A DNA stretch of 56,949 bases from Ministeria vibrans ATCC 50519. Lineage: Eukaryota > Protista > Filasterea. The notes under the pieces are model-generated. The model searched no databases. It was not told where the DNA came from and saw nothing but the letters and a program-made list of their open reading frames with translations. A program made the position numbers and the translations under genes. Position 1 is the first letter of the stretch. Each line of letters opens with the position of its first letter. Shown here in pieces: positions 33,382 to 45,700 of the stretch. The stretch is from NCBI GenBank assembly GCA_943704425.1, contig CALSCP010000121.1, positions 1 through 56,949 of the forward strand, in the 5' to 3' direction.

Positions 33382-34642
33382 CTCTCATCGTCATCGTCAG
33401 TCTTTTTGGCCTTCATGAGCATCTGTGGAGGCAGCACGAGTGCCACAGGCGCAGCAGGTGCCGCTGGGGGAGCACTGTCCTCCTCATCGTCATCGCGTGA
33501 AGAAGCCGGGATGGGCGGCATCATGGGCGCTGCTGGGGCGCTGGCGGGCGCTGTCCCGTCTGGTGACTCCAGAACACTGGGATCCAGTCCTTCCATGCTC
33601 ATTTTCATTGCCACTTGGCTCATGGGAACGCCGACCTTGAGCATTTTGAAAAACTTGCTGTAGCGCGGGTCGTCTGCGTACGACGGGCCCGCCTCCACTC
33701 CTGCGGGCGGTGCGGGTGCCGCTGGTGCATCGCCACTCCCTGGCGGTGGTGGGGGAGGTGGCACCCCATCTCCACCCGGCGGGGGTGGAGGAGGAGGCAC
33801 ACTAAGACCATAACAACAAAAAAAAAATACAAGACACAAATAATGTAATCAGTATTTTAGTTGATACGCTTGTCACTGTGTCTGCTTACCCTTCGCCAGG
33901 CGGTGCTGGTGCAGCGGGCGCGCCAGAAGCAGCGGCAGCAGACGACGCGTCTGATGATGCTGCGGGTGCGCCCGACGACGTGATCATGTCGGCGGTGACA
34001 GAGGCCTTTGGGAAGGGCGAGACGTAGTCTTCGCCCTTGACATCCTCCATGCCAGGAATGGACGACAGCTACACGCACGAGGGTGTGGAGGAGCGGGTGA
34101 AGGTTAGGGTGGGACACTCTCTGGTGTGCAGCGGTACCTTTCCCTCGAGAATGTTGAGAGACACATCAATGCGCTGAATTCGTTGGTGGACATCCGAAAG
34201 CTGAGTGTGTGTGTTTGCAAACACAAACGAGCGAAAAAAATCAAACAAAGTCAGTGTGAATACGACGATGGCTTGGCCGTCATCGCAAGAACAGCAGACA
34301 GCCAAGCGGTTGGGGGCGCAGTGCGTTGAAACAGTCACGTGAGTTGATGTCGATTTTGAGTGAATTGCGAAAAAGTTGAGTTGAGAGAAGAAAAAAAAAA
34401 AGTGTGTGACCGGAAAAAGAGGTACAAGAAATGCAGATACAATTGCGTGGTCTTCATCACACAAACGCGGCCCCTACCTTTTTCTCTGTGATGGACGCAA
34501 AGCGGTTGAGGAAGGCGCAGGTAGAGGTGAGAAAGGCGTTGCAGTACGCCAGAGTTTTCTTGGCCGGCAGCGGCTCAACTGTCGTGAAGTCAACACCGGG
34601 CCCGACCAAGCCAAAGCCATAGGCTGCTGACTGATCTGTCAT
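32790..34642 (-). CDS. WASHC3: WASH complex subunit 3 (CCDC53) with a long Pro-rich and Asp-rich C-terminal extension, multi-exon
   Basis: GPGVDFTTVEPL..KKTLAYCNAFL...FLNRFASITEKK|LSDVHQRIQRIDVSLNILEGK|LSSIPG and DDPRYSKFFKMLKVGVP...EGLDPSVLESPD. Confidence 0.9.
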
Positions 34643-34787
34643 AAAGGAAAGAGGGCTAAATCAGTGTTCACTGTGTCCTGATCGAAATTATTCAAAGTGG
34701 TTTGAATTGAACTCTGGTTGAAAAAAACAATAGAGAAAATCATTTTCATTCGTTCCAACTTACTCACTTCACAGTTCACACAGAACA

Positions 34788-37714
34788 ATGGCTTTCCGAT
34801 TTGATCCCGATGAGCTCACCACCTTCAAGGCAGTGTTTGCCGAGGTAATAAAATAGAAACCAAAAAAAAAAAAAAAAAAAAAAAAAAACCGCGCGAGTAA
34901 CAATCTCGCTTGGCCGTTGCACCGTCCATCGACGATTGTGCGGTGTGGAGCAGCATGGCTTGGCCTGCGTATTCTCACTAGATCCCATCTCCTTTTCGCA
35001 AAAATGCTCTTTTTGCTTCGCTGTCGCTCCAATCGCCGACGGGCGCCGCTGCCCCTCGCCTCCATGTGCACGACTGCCTTTACCTCAACAACCTCCTCTC
35101 ATGCGCTTTCCTACCGTCTCTCTCTCTCTTTTGTTTGTCTCTCTCTGTTTTTGCATTTTTTTTTTTGCTTTTTTTTCGCGTTTGCTCTGTTTTCGTATCA
35201 AGAACGCACTTTGCGCGATTCCCTGGGCGTATTTTCTCAGTGTGGATGGGCACTGCGATGGCACGCGGACCTGCTACTAACGGCGAGAGTGTGTCTGGGC
35301 GTAGTTTGACGCCGATGGCTCCGGAGCAATCTCCACGCAAGAACTTGGGACTGTCATGGCCAAGCTCGGAGAGACCGTCGACCCCGAGACGCTCCAGAAG
35401 ATGGTCGATGCTGCCGACACGGACCGTTCGGGAGAGGTCGACTGGAACGAGTTTCTCAGTGTAAGGGAAAAAGAGAAGAAGAAAAAACAGGACGTTTGAC
35501 GATCTTATTTTTTTATCTTTTTATCTATTTGTGCTGTTTTCTCACTTTCCTCTGCTCTGCACCAGATGATGTGGAAAGCACGCAAGGCGAACGGAACAAG
35601 TGCCAAGCCAGTGGGCTTTGCGGCTGTTGCCAAGAAGGTCGAGAAAGTCCAGCGTCTGGGCGGTACGTCGAAGAACTCGGCAGAGGGCACAACACACTCG
35701 TACTCGCAAGAGGAGAAGGTACAAATCTTTTTTTTTTTGTCTCCGTACTCATGTCTGCAACACACACGCGCACTCCTCTTAAAAATAATATAGGTTGCTT
35801 TCTGTGAGTGGATCAACGACTCGCTCTCTGGCGATCCGGATCTGACGATGCTGCCTCTGTCAGTCGACGACGACTCGCTCTTCTCCGGCATGCACAACGG
35901 AGTGTTGCTCAACAAACTCATCAACAGCGCCGTGCCGGACACGGTGGACTACCGCGCTCTCAACCTCAAGGGCCTCAACGTCTACAAGATCCACGAGAAT
36001 CACACGCTCGCCATCAACTCGGCCAAGGCCATTGGCTGCAACGTTGTCAACGTTGGCGCCGATGATCTCATCCAGGGATCGCCCACACTGGTCCTTGGCA
36101 TTGTCTGGCAGATTATCCGCATCGGTCTTTTTGCTCAGATCAACCTTCATGTACCCTAGACATACGAGAGGAGATGGAGAAATGATTTTTTTTTTTCGTT
36201 GTTGTTGTTGTTGCTTAGGCCTGCCCGGGACTCATGGTTCTGCTGCATGACGGCGAGACACTCGAGGATCTCATGTCCCTGCCGGCTGATGCCATCCTTC
36301 TGCGTTGGTTCAACTACCATCTCCAGGAGGCAGGCTCGTCTCGCCGCGTCCACAACTTCAGTGGTGACATCAAAGACTCTGAGGCTTACACCATCCTTCT
36401 CGCTCAAATTGCTCCTTCTGTAAGCATACTAAGCGCGCAAACTGAGCACATACACCGCACACTTAGCACACACATATATATTTACAACGTGATTTGGTTT
36501 TCTTGAACTGCTTCTGTTTTGTAGGAGCTTGGCATTACTACGGCTCCTCTTTCGGACACGGACCCCACGGGCCGTGCCAACAAGATGCTTGACAACGCTG
36601 AGAAGATGGAGTGCCGCAAGTTTGTCCATGCCGTCGATGTTGTCAAGGGCAACCCCAAGCTCAACCTGGCCTTTGTCGCCAACCTGGTACGCTACAAAGA
36701 CACACTAAATGACACGCGCCAAGCAAACAATATTGCCCGCTCGCTTACTCTTTTTTTTTTTTTCCTCGCTCTCAGTTCAACACGTACCCGGCTCTACAGC
36801 TGGAGGCCAAGCAGGCAATGGAGATTGAGGAGTTCGTAGCGGGTGCCGAGGAGACTCGTGAGGAGCGCACCTTCCGCAACTGGATGAACTCGCTCGGCGT
36901 CAAGCCGTACGTTAACAATCTCTACCAGGTACAGCCATCTCTTTGCTCTGTCCTCCTCTCTTGTTTGTTTCTTATCAAGACTTTTTTTCTTTTAGGATCT
37001 TCGTGATGGCCTGGTGATTCTGCAGCTGCTGGACAAGACTGAGCCGGGCTGTGTCAACTGGAAGCGCGTAAACCAGCCGCCGTACAAGCGTATTGGCGGC
37101 ATGATGAAGAAAATGGAGAACTGTCAGTATGCGCTTGACATTTCGCGAACCATGAAGTTTTCGCTCGTCAACATTGGCGGAAAGGACATCTTTGACGGCC
37201 ACAAGATGCTCACGCTGGCGCTCATCTGGCAGATCATGCGTGCCTACACCCTCAGTGTGCTCAACAAGCTCTCGTCGGGCGGTCGTCGCATCCAGGACAA
37301 GGAAATCGTCGTTTGGTGCAACGAAACGCTCACACAGGGCCAGAAGCAATCGTACGTATATTCTTCTTTGCAAATTTATAATTCTTTTTTATTTTGTTAC
37401 GAGAATCTTATGCTATACGACTTCGCTTGTACACCTATAGGCAAATCAAGGACTTCAGGGATTCGAGCATTGGCACATCGCGCGTCGTCTTTGACCTGGT
37501 CGACTGCATCCAGCCCGGCAGCATTGACTACAGCTACTTTGATGCAGACACGAGTGAGGAGTCGCGCCTCTCCAACGCCAAGTACGCCGTCAGCATGGCC
37601 CGCAAGATTGGCGCCGGCGTCTACTGCCTTCCCGAGGACCTCGTCGAAGTCAAGTCCAAGATGGTTCTCACCGTCATCGCCTGCTTAATGGCCAAGTCTC
37701 TCGGTGCCGCCTAA
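34788..37714 (+). CDS. Fimbrin/plastin (2 EF-hands + 4 CH domains), multi-exon
   Basis: [23 protein letters not shown]|[91 protein letters not shown]. Confidence 0.95.
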
Positions 37715-38685
37715 GCTTCCTTTTACCCCTTCTCTTTTCTTCTCCTGTGCGTCTATTTTTACTTTTATTTTAAATAAACTCCCAAACTCAAATACCCAAA
37801 CCAAAACACTCCCCCAGCCCAAGCCCCGATTCCTGCACCAACACTCGAGTGAGTCGAGTCTCTCAAGTCAGTTCACTTCGAAACGAATCCACAACAAGCA
37901 CTTCAATCGAACGACTCGCGCAAATGAGAATTGAGACATAAAAATAAAAATCGCATTTTTTTATTGCTCTTCCTTCGTACGTCCTATAATAACCACTCAC
38001 ACGATCACTCCTCCTCGCTGTCCTACACACGATCATTGCAGTGATCGCACCGCTTTTCGCGCGCTCTCTCTCTCTCTCTCTCTCCCAAAACTCACACACA
38101 TAAAAAAAAAAAAAAAAAACGCAAGAAAAACCGCTCCGCCTAAACGTTTGCAGTGCACACTCCCAACGCACGCTCCTTTGACCGCTGTCGCCGCATCCGC
38201 ACCATCACACAATTGCATTCTTCTCCACACCCCCCGCGCGCTGCATTGTCTCTAGTGCGTTTGGGCGCTTGTGCTCTGAGATGTTTATGTGCCATATTGA
38301 AGAATAAAAAAAAAAAGAAGATAAAAAAAAAAGTAGACGTCGCGACTTTGCTGAGCGTTGTGGGGAAATCGCTGGGTTTTGCGCACCTGTCTGCGCCGCA
38401 TACGGTTTGTATGGATCGCATTGAGATCGTCCCCTGCCGCGGCTGTGGTGCGCTTGGAACAAGATGCGCTTGCGGTATTCTTGGCGTTCTTGTGTTCGCC
38501 ACTGTTGTCGGTTTCTCACCTCACGGCCCCGCTGCTTCATCGTTCGTTCTCTGCGACACATATTCTTGTTGGAAGACTGGTTCCAACAGCATGCCCTCCT
38601 GTGGAGTGTCGTTCGTGCATATCTGAGGGTGTTGCGCTGACGCGATCTTTTTTTTTCCCATTTCACTTTTGCAGAGCCAACGAAG

Positions 38686-39702
38686 ATGAGGATGCCGGTT
38701 GTTCTATTCGGCGTGCTCAGTGTCATTGTAAGCATGATGGCCGTCGATGTGCAGGCGGCTCAGATCATTACAATGACGGCAAGAGCTCCCATCGCGAGTG
38801 AAGTGTACTGCCCGACCAATCTTGCTACGCAGCTGGGCTTCAACAGCTACACTTGCTACCGCAACCCAGGCACCAGTTACTACGGCTCCATGCTCTACAC
38901 CGTTGCCGGCCCCTCTTCTTCCGAGGCGTGTACAACTGTCGGCTGTGCCGGGACAATGATGCTGCGAAACCCTGCAAGTGGCAACGCATTTCAGTTTGAG
39001 TTTGCTGTGCCCGAGAAGCTCGCCATTGTTCCGCGTCAGCTCCTCGACCGTACCTCTGCCGAGGTTCGCATGCGTCTGAGTCTCGTGCTCACACGCGTTG
39101 AGTCTTCCAGCTGCACCGCATCAAGCGAATCTTTTACGCTTGCCTCAGTGACGCTGCCCACCGGCATGAGCCTTGTCGCAAACGCTGTCACAGGCGCTTC
39201 CTACATCGACTCACTGGCGCCGGCATTGTCCATCGCACAGGCGTCTACGGGTCCCAGCCAGTGTACTACTACTATTTCGCTCTCGGCAGTCTTCTCGTCT
39301 CAAGTGGGCATTCTTGTTCTCAATGCGGGCTCGCCCATTGTCATTAGCAATGTCGCTCCCTCCGGCAGCACTGTGCTCACCACAACGACACCAGTTCAAT
39401 TTACATACGCCTTTACCTTTGACGATGTCTCGTCAACCGGCTACCTCAACTACGATGTAATTCAAGGCGCAACTGAGTTTGGAATGCACACATTTGACAG
39501 CGAAGACGCCATTGTGGCTCCCGAAATCGTCGCTCCAAACCCAGTCACGATCGCTCTGATATTTGCTCCGGTGTCGTCCACAAACTGCATCGTCGACCTC
39601 ACCACCCGATTTTCACCCGCCAACACTGTTTGTGCACATACCGCCGCCAACCAGCAGTATTCACAATTCGGTTTGACCTCAACAACGGAAGGTACATAGT
39701 TA

Positions 39703-39759
<57 letters not shown>

Positions 39760-42700
39760 GATAATTTTTTTCTTTTTGTTTTTGTTTCTACTCTGTAGGT
39801 GCCACTACGATATCACTGAATTTCGGCCAGACAGCCGCTGTTGCTGTTGATTTCTTGACGACAGCCCCCATTGAAATATACGGTCCGGCTCGCGAGTACG
39901 GAGTCAATTACGGTGTGCTTCTACTGAAGTCCGTTATGGAGACAACCTCCTCGTGTCCCACTCCCTATCGTGTAAAGATGTTTCCCACATCTATGGACTT
40001 TCCTATTACCGATGTGACAAGTTCTGCAGATGAAGTTGGTAAGAAGCGCAGTCACATGATTCGTATTAAAAATAACTAACCCCCACCCCTTTTTATTGTT
40101 ATTACAATGTTCAGCGAACGCGAACAACTTTCAACTGGCCTTCCGCAACAGTTTTGGTCCTGTCAACTACACGTCGCCTAGCATGTTGTTTACACCGACG
40201 GCTTCTGGGTGCCAACTGGAGATGCAGTACTTGCTGACGCTGGGCACGTCAAAGGAGGTCATTTTTGAGGTGACTGTTGGAAACATTTTCTTTGAGGCTG
40301 CCAAGAGCACCGGCGGACTCTATTCGTTTGACACGTTGGAATGGTCTGCCAGCGTCATGTACGGCGGAAAGGGTCATTACGTACACTATCCCGCGGAGGG
40401 AGGCGTACCGTTTGAGCCAATCGACTTGCCGCTGGTGCCAACAACCCTTACGGGCACGAGCCTTTGCGCAGGCGGGAGCATCTCCAGCGACGGCTATACC
40501 TGCGTCAAGTCAAACACTCTCTCCGAGTATGTCCTGGCATACGCCGACAACGGATACCGCGTTGCCAGTGCGTGCACCTCCACCGCTTGTGCCGGCTCAT
40601 ACTACGGTCTCAAGCCTGACGTTGCTGACACTCTGAGTGTGTCTTTCGCCGCCCCCGCCGGCAAGTTTTTCTTCGTCGACGTTCCCACCGGCGTTGGCTA
40701 CCTGTTTTTCAAGGGAACACTTGTCAGCAATGGTCTTGCATGTCCTGCAAACATTGGGAGTGCCGTTCACAGCGCTGTGGGCGTTGTGGACTCGGTGGTC
40801 ACCGTGGATGGCACGCTTGCCGGCAACGTCACCCTTGTCTCGGCGACATCCACGTCGCCCGTGCGCGCCAGCAGTGCTCCCGGTGTAACAGCGAGTCGAA
40901 ATGCCGTCACAAGCAAGTGTGAGATTGCTGTTGAGCTGACGTTTGCCGTCAATGGCGACGTCGTCTTCAGCAGTCTGACGGCACAGATCAAAAATCTAAC
41001 CATGGCATCGGGAATGAACCAGCGACAAAACTACGAGATGGACGGAACGTGGCAACTCATATGGGATGGAAGTGCGAGCCCTGGCTCGACCGTGGCCGTC
41101 AATGCCAAGAGCTATACACCCAAACTAGTGTTGATCAACTCGGATACCTCTCGCAAGGGCCGTCTCGAGGTCACAAACCCAACCACGGGCGTGTCTGGTC
41201 TCGTGTGCAACGTCGGTTTTGACGCCGCCGATGCCGAAGTGGCCTGCCGCAACCTGGGCCTCGCGACCGATTCTGCCACGGTTTCGTCCGATCTTATGCC
41301 GGGCAGCCAGTCGCAGCCCATTTTCTTGTCCAACCTTGACTGTAGCGGCAACGAGGCGTTGCTCCAGACCTGCACCAACGGTGCGCTCGGTGGCGCCATC
41401 AGCTCATCGTGTACCACAAGTACCACCGTCGTCATTGACTGTCCACCCCGCGCAGACTTTGTGCCGCCGCCAGACTCGACCAGTGCGCCCTTTAGCCTGC
41501 GCCTGGCGAGCGGTGCAAATGCCTTTGAAGGTCGCGTCGAAGTGAGTGTCAACAACCGTTGGGAGAGCATCTGCGACACGGGCTCGACCAACGACAACAC
41601 CGCCTTCGTTGTGTGCCGCGCCTTGGGACTTCCCTCAACCCAGGCATCCATCATTCCGTCCATCGGCGACATCGGTCAAGACAATGCCATCTGGGCCAAA
41701 AACCTGGACTGCTTTGGTGACGAAAGCTCCATCAACAACTGCGCTCACAACCTCACCACAACTGGCTGTACCAATGCCAACGATCTCACTGTCAAATGCT
41801 CCGGTGTTTTCGCCACTTTGCTTCCCGATCTTCTCTCCCTTACCTCCAGCCTTCCTCGTAAGATTTCAAAATGATACCAATATTATAATAATATTAATAA
41901 TACTCTTTTTAATTTCTCTTCCTGAAAAAAAAAACAAAAAAAACTGCAGAGCCTCAAGCTACCCCCTCTTGGGGTGCGCTAAAGATCACTACAGGCGACG
42001 GGACAATTGGCGGCGTGTGCAACGAAACGTTCAATGACAACTCGGCCAAGGCTGCGTGTGCCGAGATGGGACTGCCAACGGCTCTGGCACGCTCCTACAC
42101 GGGACCCCGTCGCGTGATGAACCCCAGCACCTTCCCCAACATGTACTACGCCAATGGTGTGTGTACCGGTAGTGAGACGGTGCTCTCTTCCTGTCCGGGT
42201 ACTGAGAAGAACGCATCCGCCTGTCCTGTCACAAACGAGGCCTGGGTCGTGTGCACACAAGACTTCGGCACGGGCAACGCTATTGCCCGACTCGCCGATG
42301 GTGGCGATGCAAATTCGGGACGTCTCGAAGTGTTTACCAACAATGCTTGGGGTACAGTCTGTAACAAGGGCTTTGACAATAACGATGCCGTTGTTGCCTG
42401 CTTTACCATGGGACTTCCTTCAACACAGGTATGCACATAACAAACAATAAAGGAACAAGAATAAGAGCAACAATAATAATAAGACGTATTATTGTTATTC
42501 CTATTAATTTATAATAAATTTATATTATTTTTATTATTATTTTGCTTAGGTGAGCATTTTCAACATGCCTGAAGGATCTCTCCCCATTGCGGCGTCTGGC
42601 ATCCAATGTGCTGGCAGTGAAGCGTCTATTCTGGACTGCCCTGCCGACACCGTTGTTGACGTTTCATGCCAGCGTTTCCAGGACGTTGGGATCAGTTGTG

Positions 42701-45700
42701 GTGGACAAGTACTAAAACACAAAAACAAACAAAACAAAATTAATCATTATTAAATACTTTTCTTCTTTAGGTTCAATCGGCTCTGCCCGAACCCACTGGG
42801 GATGTGGTTGTGCCCACCATTGCGAGTTTGGCATTGCGCCTGACCGGAGGTCCGAGCAACAACGAAGGACGCTTGGAGGTGTTTGACACGACGTTGAACG
42901 CGTTCGCGACCGTCTGCGTCGATGGATTCACCCAAGAGACAGCCGCCTCCCTCTGTTCCATGCTGCAGCTGCCCGCGTCGGGTGCGACCTTTGAGTCGAC
43001 CACGTCGGCCGGTCTCTCTGACGCAACCAACACCGTTGGTTTCAACCAGGTCGTTTGTCCCTCGACCGCCACTTCGTTCAGCGGCTGTGCTCGCCTTGCA
43101 GGTGGTGGTCCCTGTTCGCACGCCGACGATGCATACCTTACGTGTGTGCAGGCGGAGTCGACGGCCATCTACCGACCTATTGCAACTGCGCCCGCTGGCA
43201 CTCTTCGCCTTGTCAACGACAAAGGTCCCGTTGAGCTGGGCTTCAGCGAGAACGGCGGCACCATTGCGGCGGGTCGTCTCGAAATGGCCTCAGGCGGTGT
43301 CTTTGGCACCGTCTGCATCATTGGCTGGGGCCTGGGCGAGCAGCTCAATGCGCGCATTGCTTGTCAACAAATGGGCTACCTTTCAAACGACGCCTCGGCC
43401 TTTCTTGCCTCCGACAACTCCTGTGCCTATGGTTGTGCCCCTATTTCGCAGGACGTTGTTGCCACCAACATTGCTTGTGACGGCTCGGAGACCGATCTAC
43501 TCCAGTGTCCGGGTCAGTTTGGTCTCACCGACGCGTGTGCACACTCCTTTGATGTGTCCATCATTTGCAACGGAACTCTCACACTCACCACGTCGATTCC
43601 GTTCACAACACAATTGCCGCCGGAGACAACACAAATCGCGGTTGAAACGACGGCCGCCTACGAGGCGGGCAACACTGGTCTGCCCGAGGGTGAGCTGCGC
43701 ATCATTTACGGCGACAAGGTTAATTCGGGGACTCTCGAAGTGCTCTACCAGTCTGTGTGGCACCCTATTTGCGATGACAACTGGGACACGCCCGAGTTCA
43801 ACCGAACCAATGCGCGTGTTGCTTGTCGCCAACTCGGCTTGCCCTCGACCGAAGCCTACTCGACCGCCAACAGCTTCTTTGGGCGTCAGTCGGCCGCATC
43901 GCTCGCCCTCGATGACGTTGCTTGCGTCGGCTGGGAGGCAAATCTCGTGGATTGTCCCCACGCTCCGCTTGGCACAAGCGACTGCACGCAAAGCCTCGAA
44001 CAAGTTGGTGTAGTCTGTGCCGGTGTGGTCGAGACAGTGCTTCCGCCATCACCCACCGCCACGTTTGTCTCGGAACAACCCGCGCCGACGTCTCAGCTCG
44101 CTCCCGAATCCACCTTGCCCGCCGGCACGCTACGCCTCTTCAACGACGGTCAGGGTTCCTCCAACGAAGGTCGTCTTGAGATTCTCGAGAATGGTCGTTG
44201 GGGCACCGTCTGTGACGATGGCTTCTTCGACCCGGGCGCCACGGCCGCTCAACTCGCCCAGAACATCAAAGTTGCCTGCACCCAACTCGGCCTGCCCTTC
44301 AGCGCCGGTCGTCTCACCTCGCAATTTGGCGGCGCCAACCCGGCCACGTCGAAGATTGTCCTCGACGATGTGGAGTGTACGGGCACGGAGGCTCTGCTCA
44401 CAGACTGTCCGCACGTGACCACGAGTGATTGCGATCACTCGGAGGATGTAGGTCTCGTATGCGAGGCGCTACCGGAGACCACCATTATCCCTGCTGCGGA
44501 GACGACAACCCTCGACAACGTGGGTGTGTCTGGTCAAGTGCGTCTTGTGGACGGAAGCAGCGCAGACAATGGTCGTGTGGAAATCTACTTGAATGGTCAG
44601 TGGGGTACTGTGTGCGACGACAACGCCGACATCAACTCGGGCCGCGTCATTTGTCAGTCGCTCGGTTTGCCGTCGAGTCAGGCTGAGATCATCTCGGACG
44701 GCCGCTTTCGCACTGCTTCCGCGTCGCAGCCGGTCCACTTGCGTGGCATGATCTGCACCGGGTGCGAAGATGCGCTCATCAACTGCACAGAGAATGCGGG
44801 AGCGTCCTGCGCTCACGACGAGGATCTTGTGGTTCAGTGCAAGGGTACGCTTACTTACGACAAGGCTTACTGTACGTCAGAGACCACAGCAGGCGCACCG
44901 GCCGCCGAAACCTCGGCAGCGCCTGTCAGTTCTTTTGCCAGTGACGAACCCGTCGGCTCGCTGCGTCTCGTCGGGGGCACGTCCACTTCGGGTCGTCTGG
45001 AGATCACCACGGAGCTGGGCACCTGGGGCACCGTATGTGACGATCCTCTGCCGTTCACTCCCGAAAATGAACTTCCCATGGTCGCTTGCCGACAAATGGG
45101 CTTGCCCTGGACCACCGCTACCGCCACGACGGTCGCCGCCAACAACCAGGGGGCGGCCGGTCAGGCCATTTGGCTCGATGATGTTGACTGTGTCGGCACG
45201 GAAACGACAGTGTCGCAGTGCTCGTACCGCGACAAGAATCGTCAGGCTCCCTACAACCCCGCTGGCTATTCCAATTGCCAGCACGATGAAGACCTTGCCG
45301 TTACGTGCTCCGGCGGTTTCGAGCTCACCACGGTGATTCCGTCACCGTCGCCGCACGCCGCCGAGACCACCGTCCTTGCCGGTGTCGAGACAACGGCCGC
45401 CGGTGCGTCTGCAGACACTGTCACCGTTCAATTGTGCTCAACTTTTAGTGCCGCTTGCCTTGGGGAAATGAACAAGTGCATTCCGGACGGCACCATCAAC
45501 ATTCGTTGGGAAGTGACCCAAGAGAATGCCTTTTACTTCCTGCAATTTATCGCGCCGCCCGACCTCGTTTCCCCTTTCATGTTTATTGGTGGCGATACGT
45601 CGTACACCCTGCCCGTGGACAGTAGCACGCCCTCGGTGATTGTCTATTCTGACGCCGCCGCTGCCACAGGCGCCACTTTCAACATGCCCTACAAGACGTG

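Noticed and set aside
32863-33663. Poly-Ser/poly-His/poly-Met ORFs
   Set aside because: Alternative frames of the (GAT)n Asp tracts of WASHC3.
37863-38801. Several 100-180-aa ORFs upstream of the giant gene
   Set aside because: They cross poly-A and (CT)n tracts and have no motifs; the region looks like promoter plus a 5'-UTR intron ending at ttttgcag (~38674).
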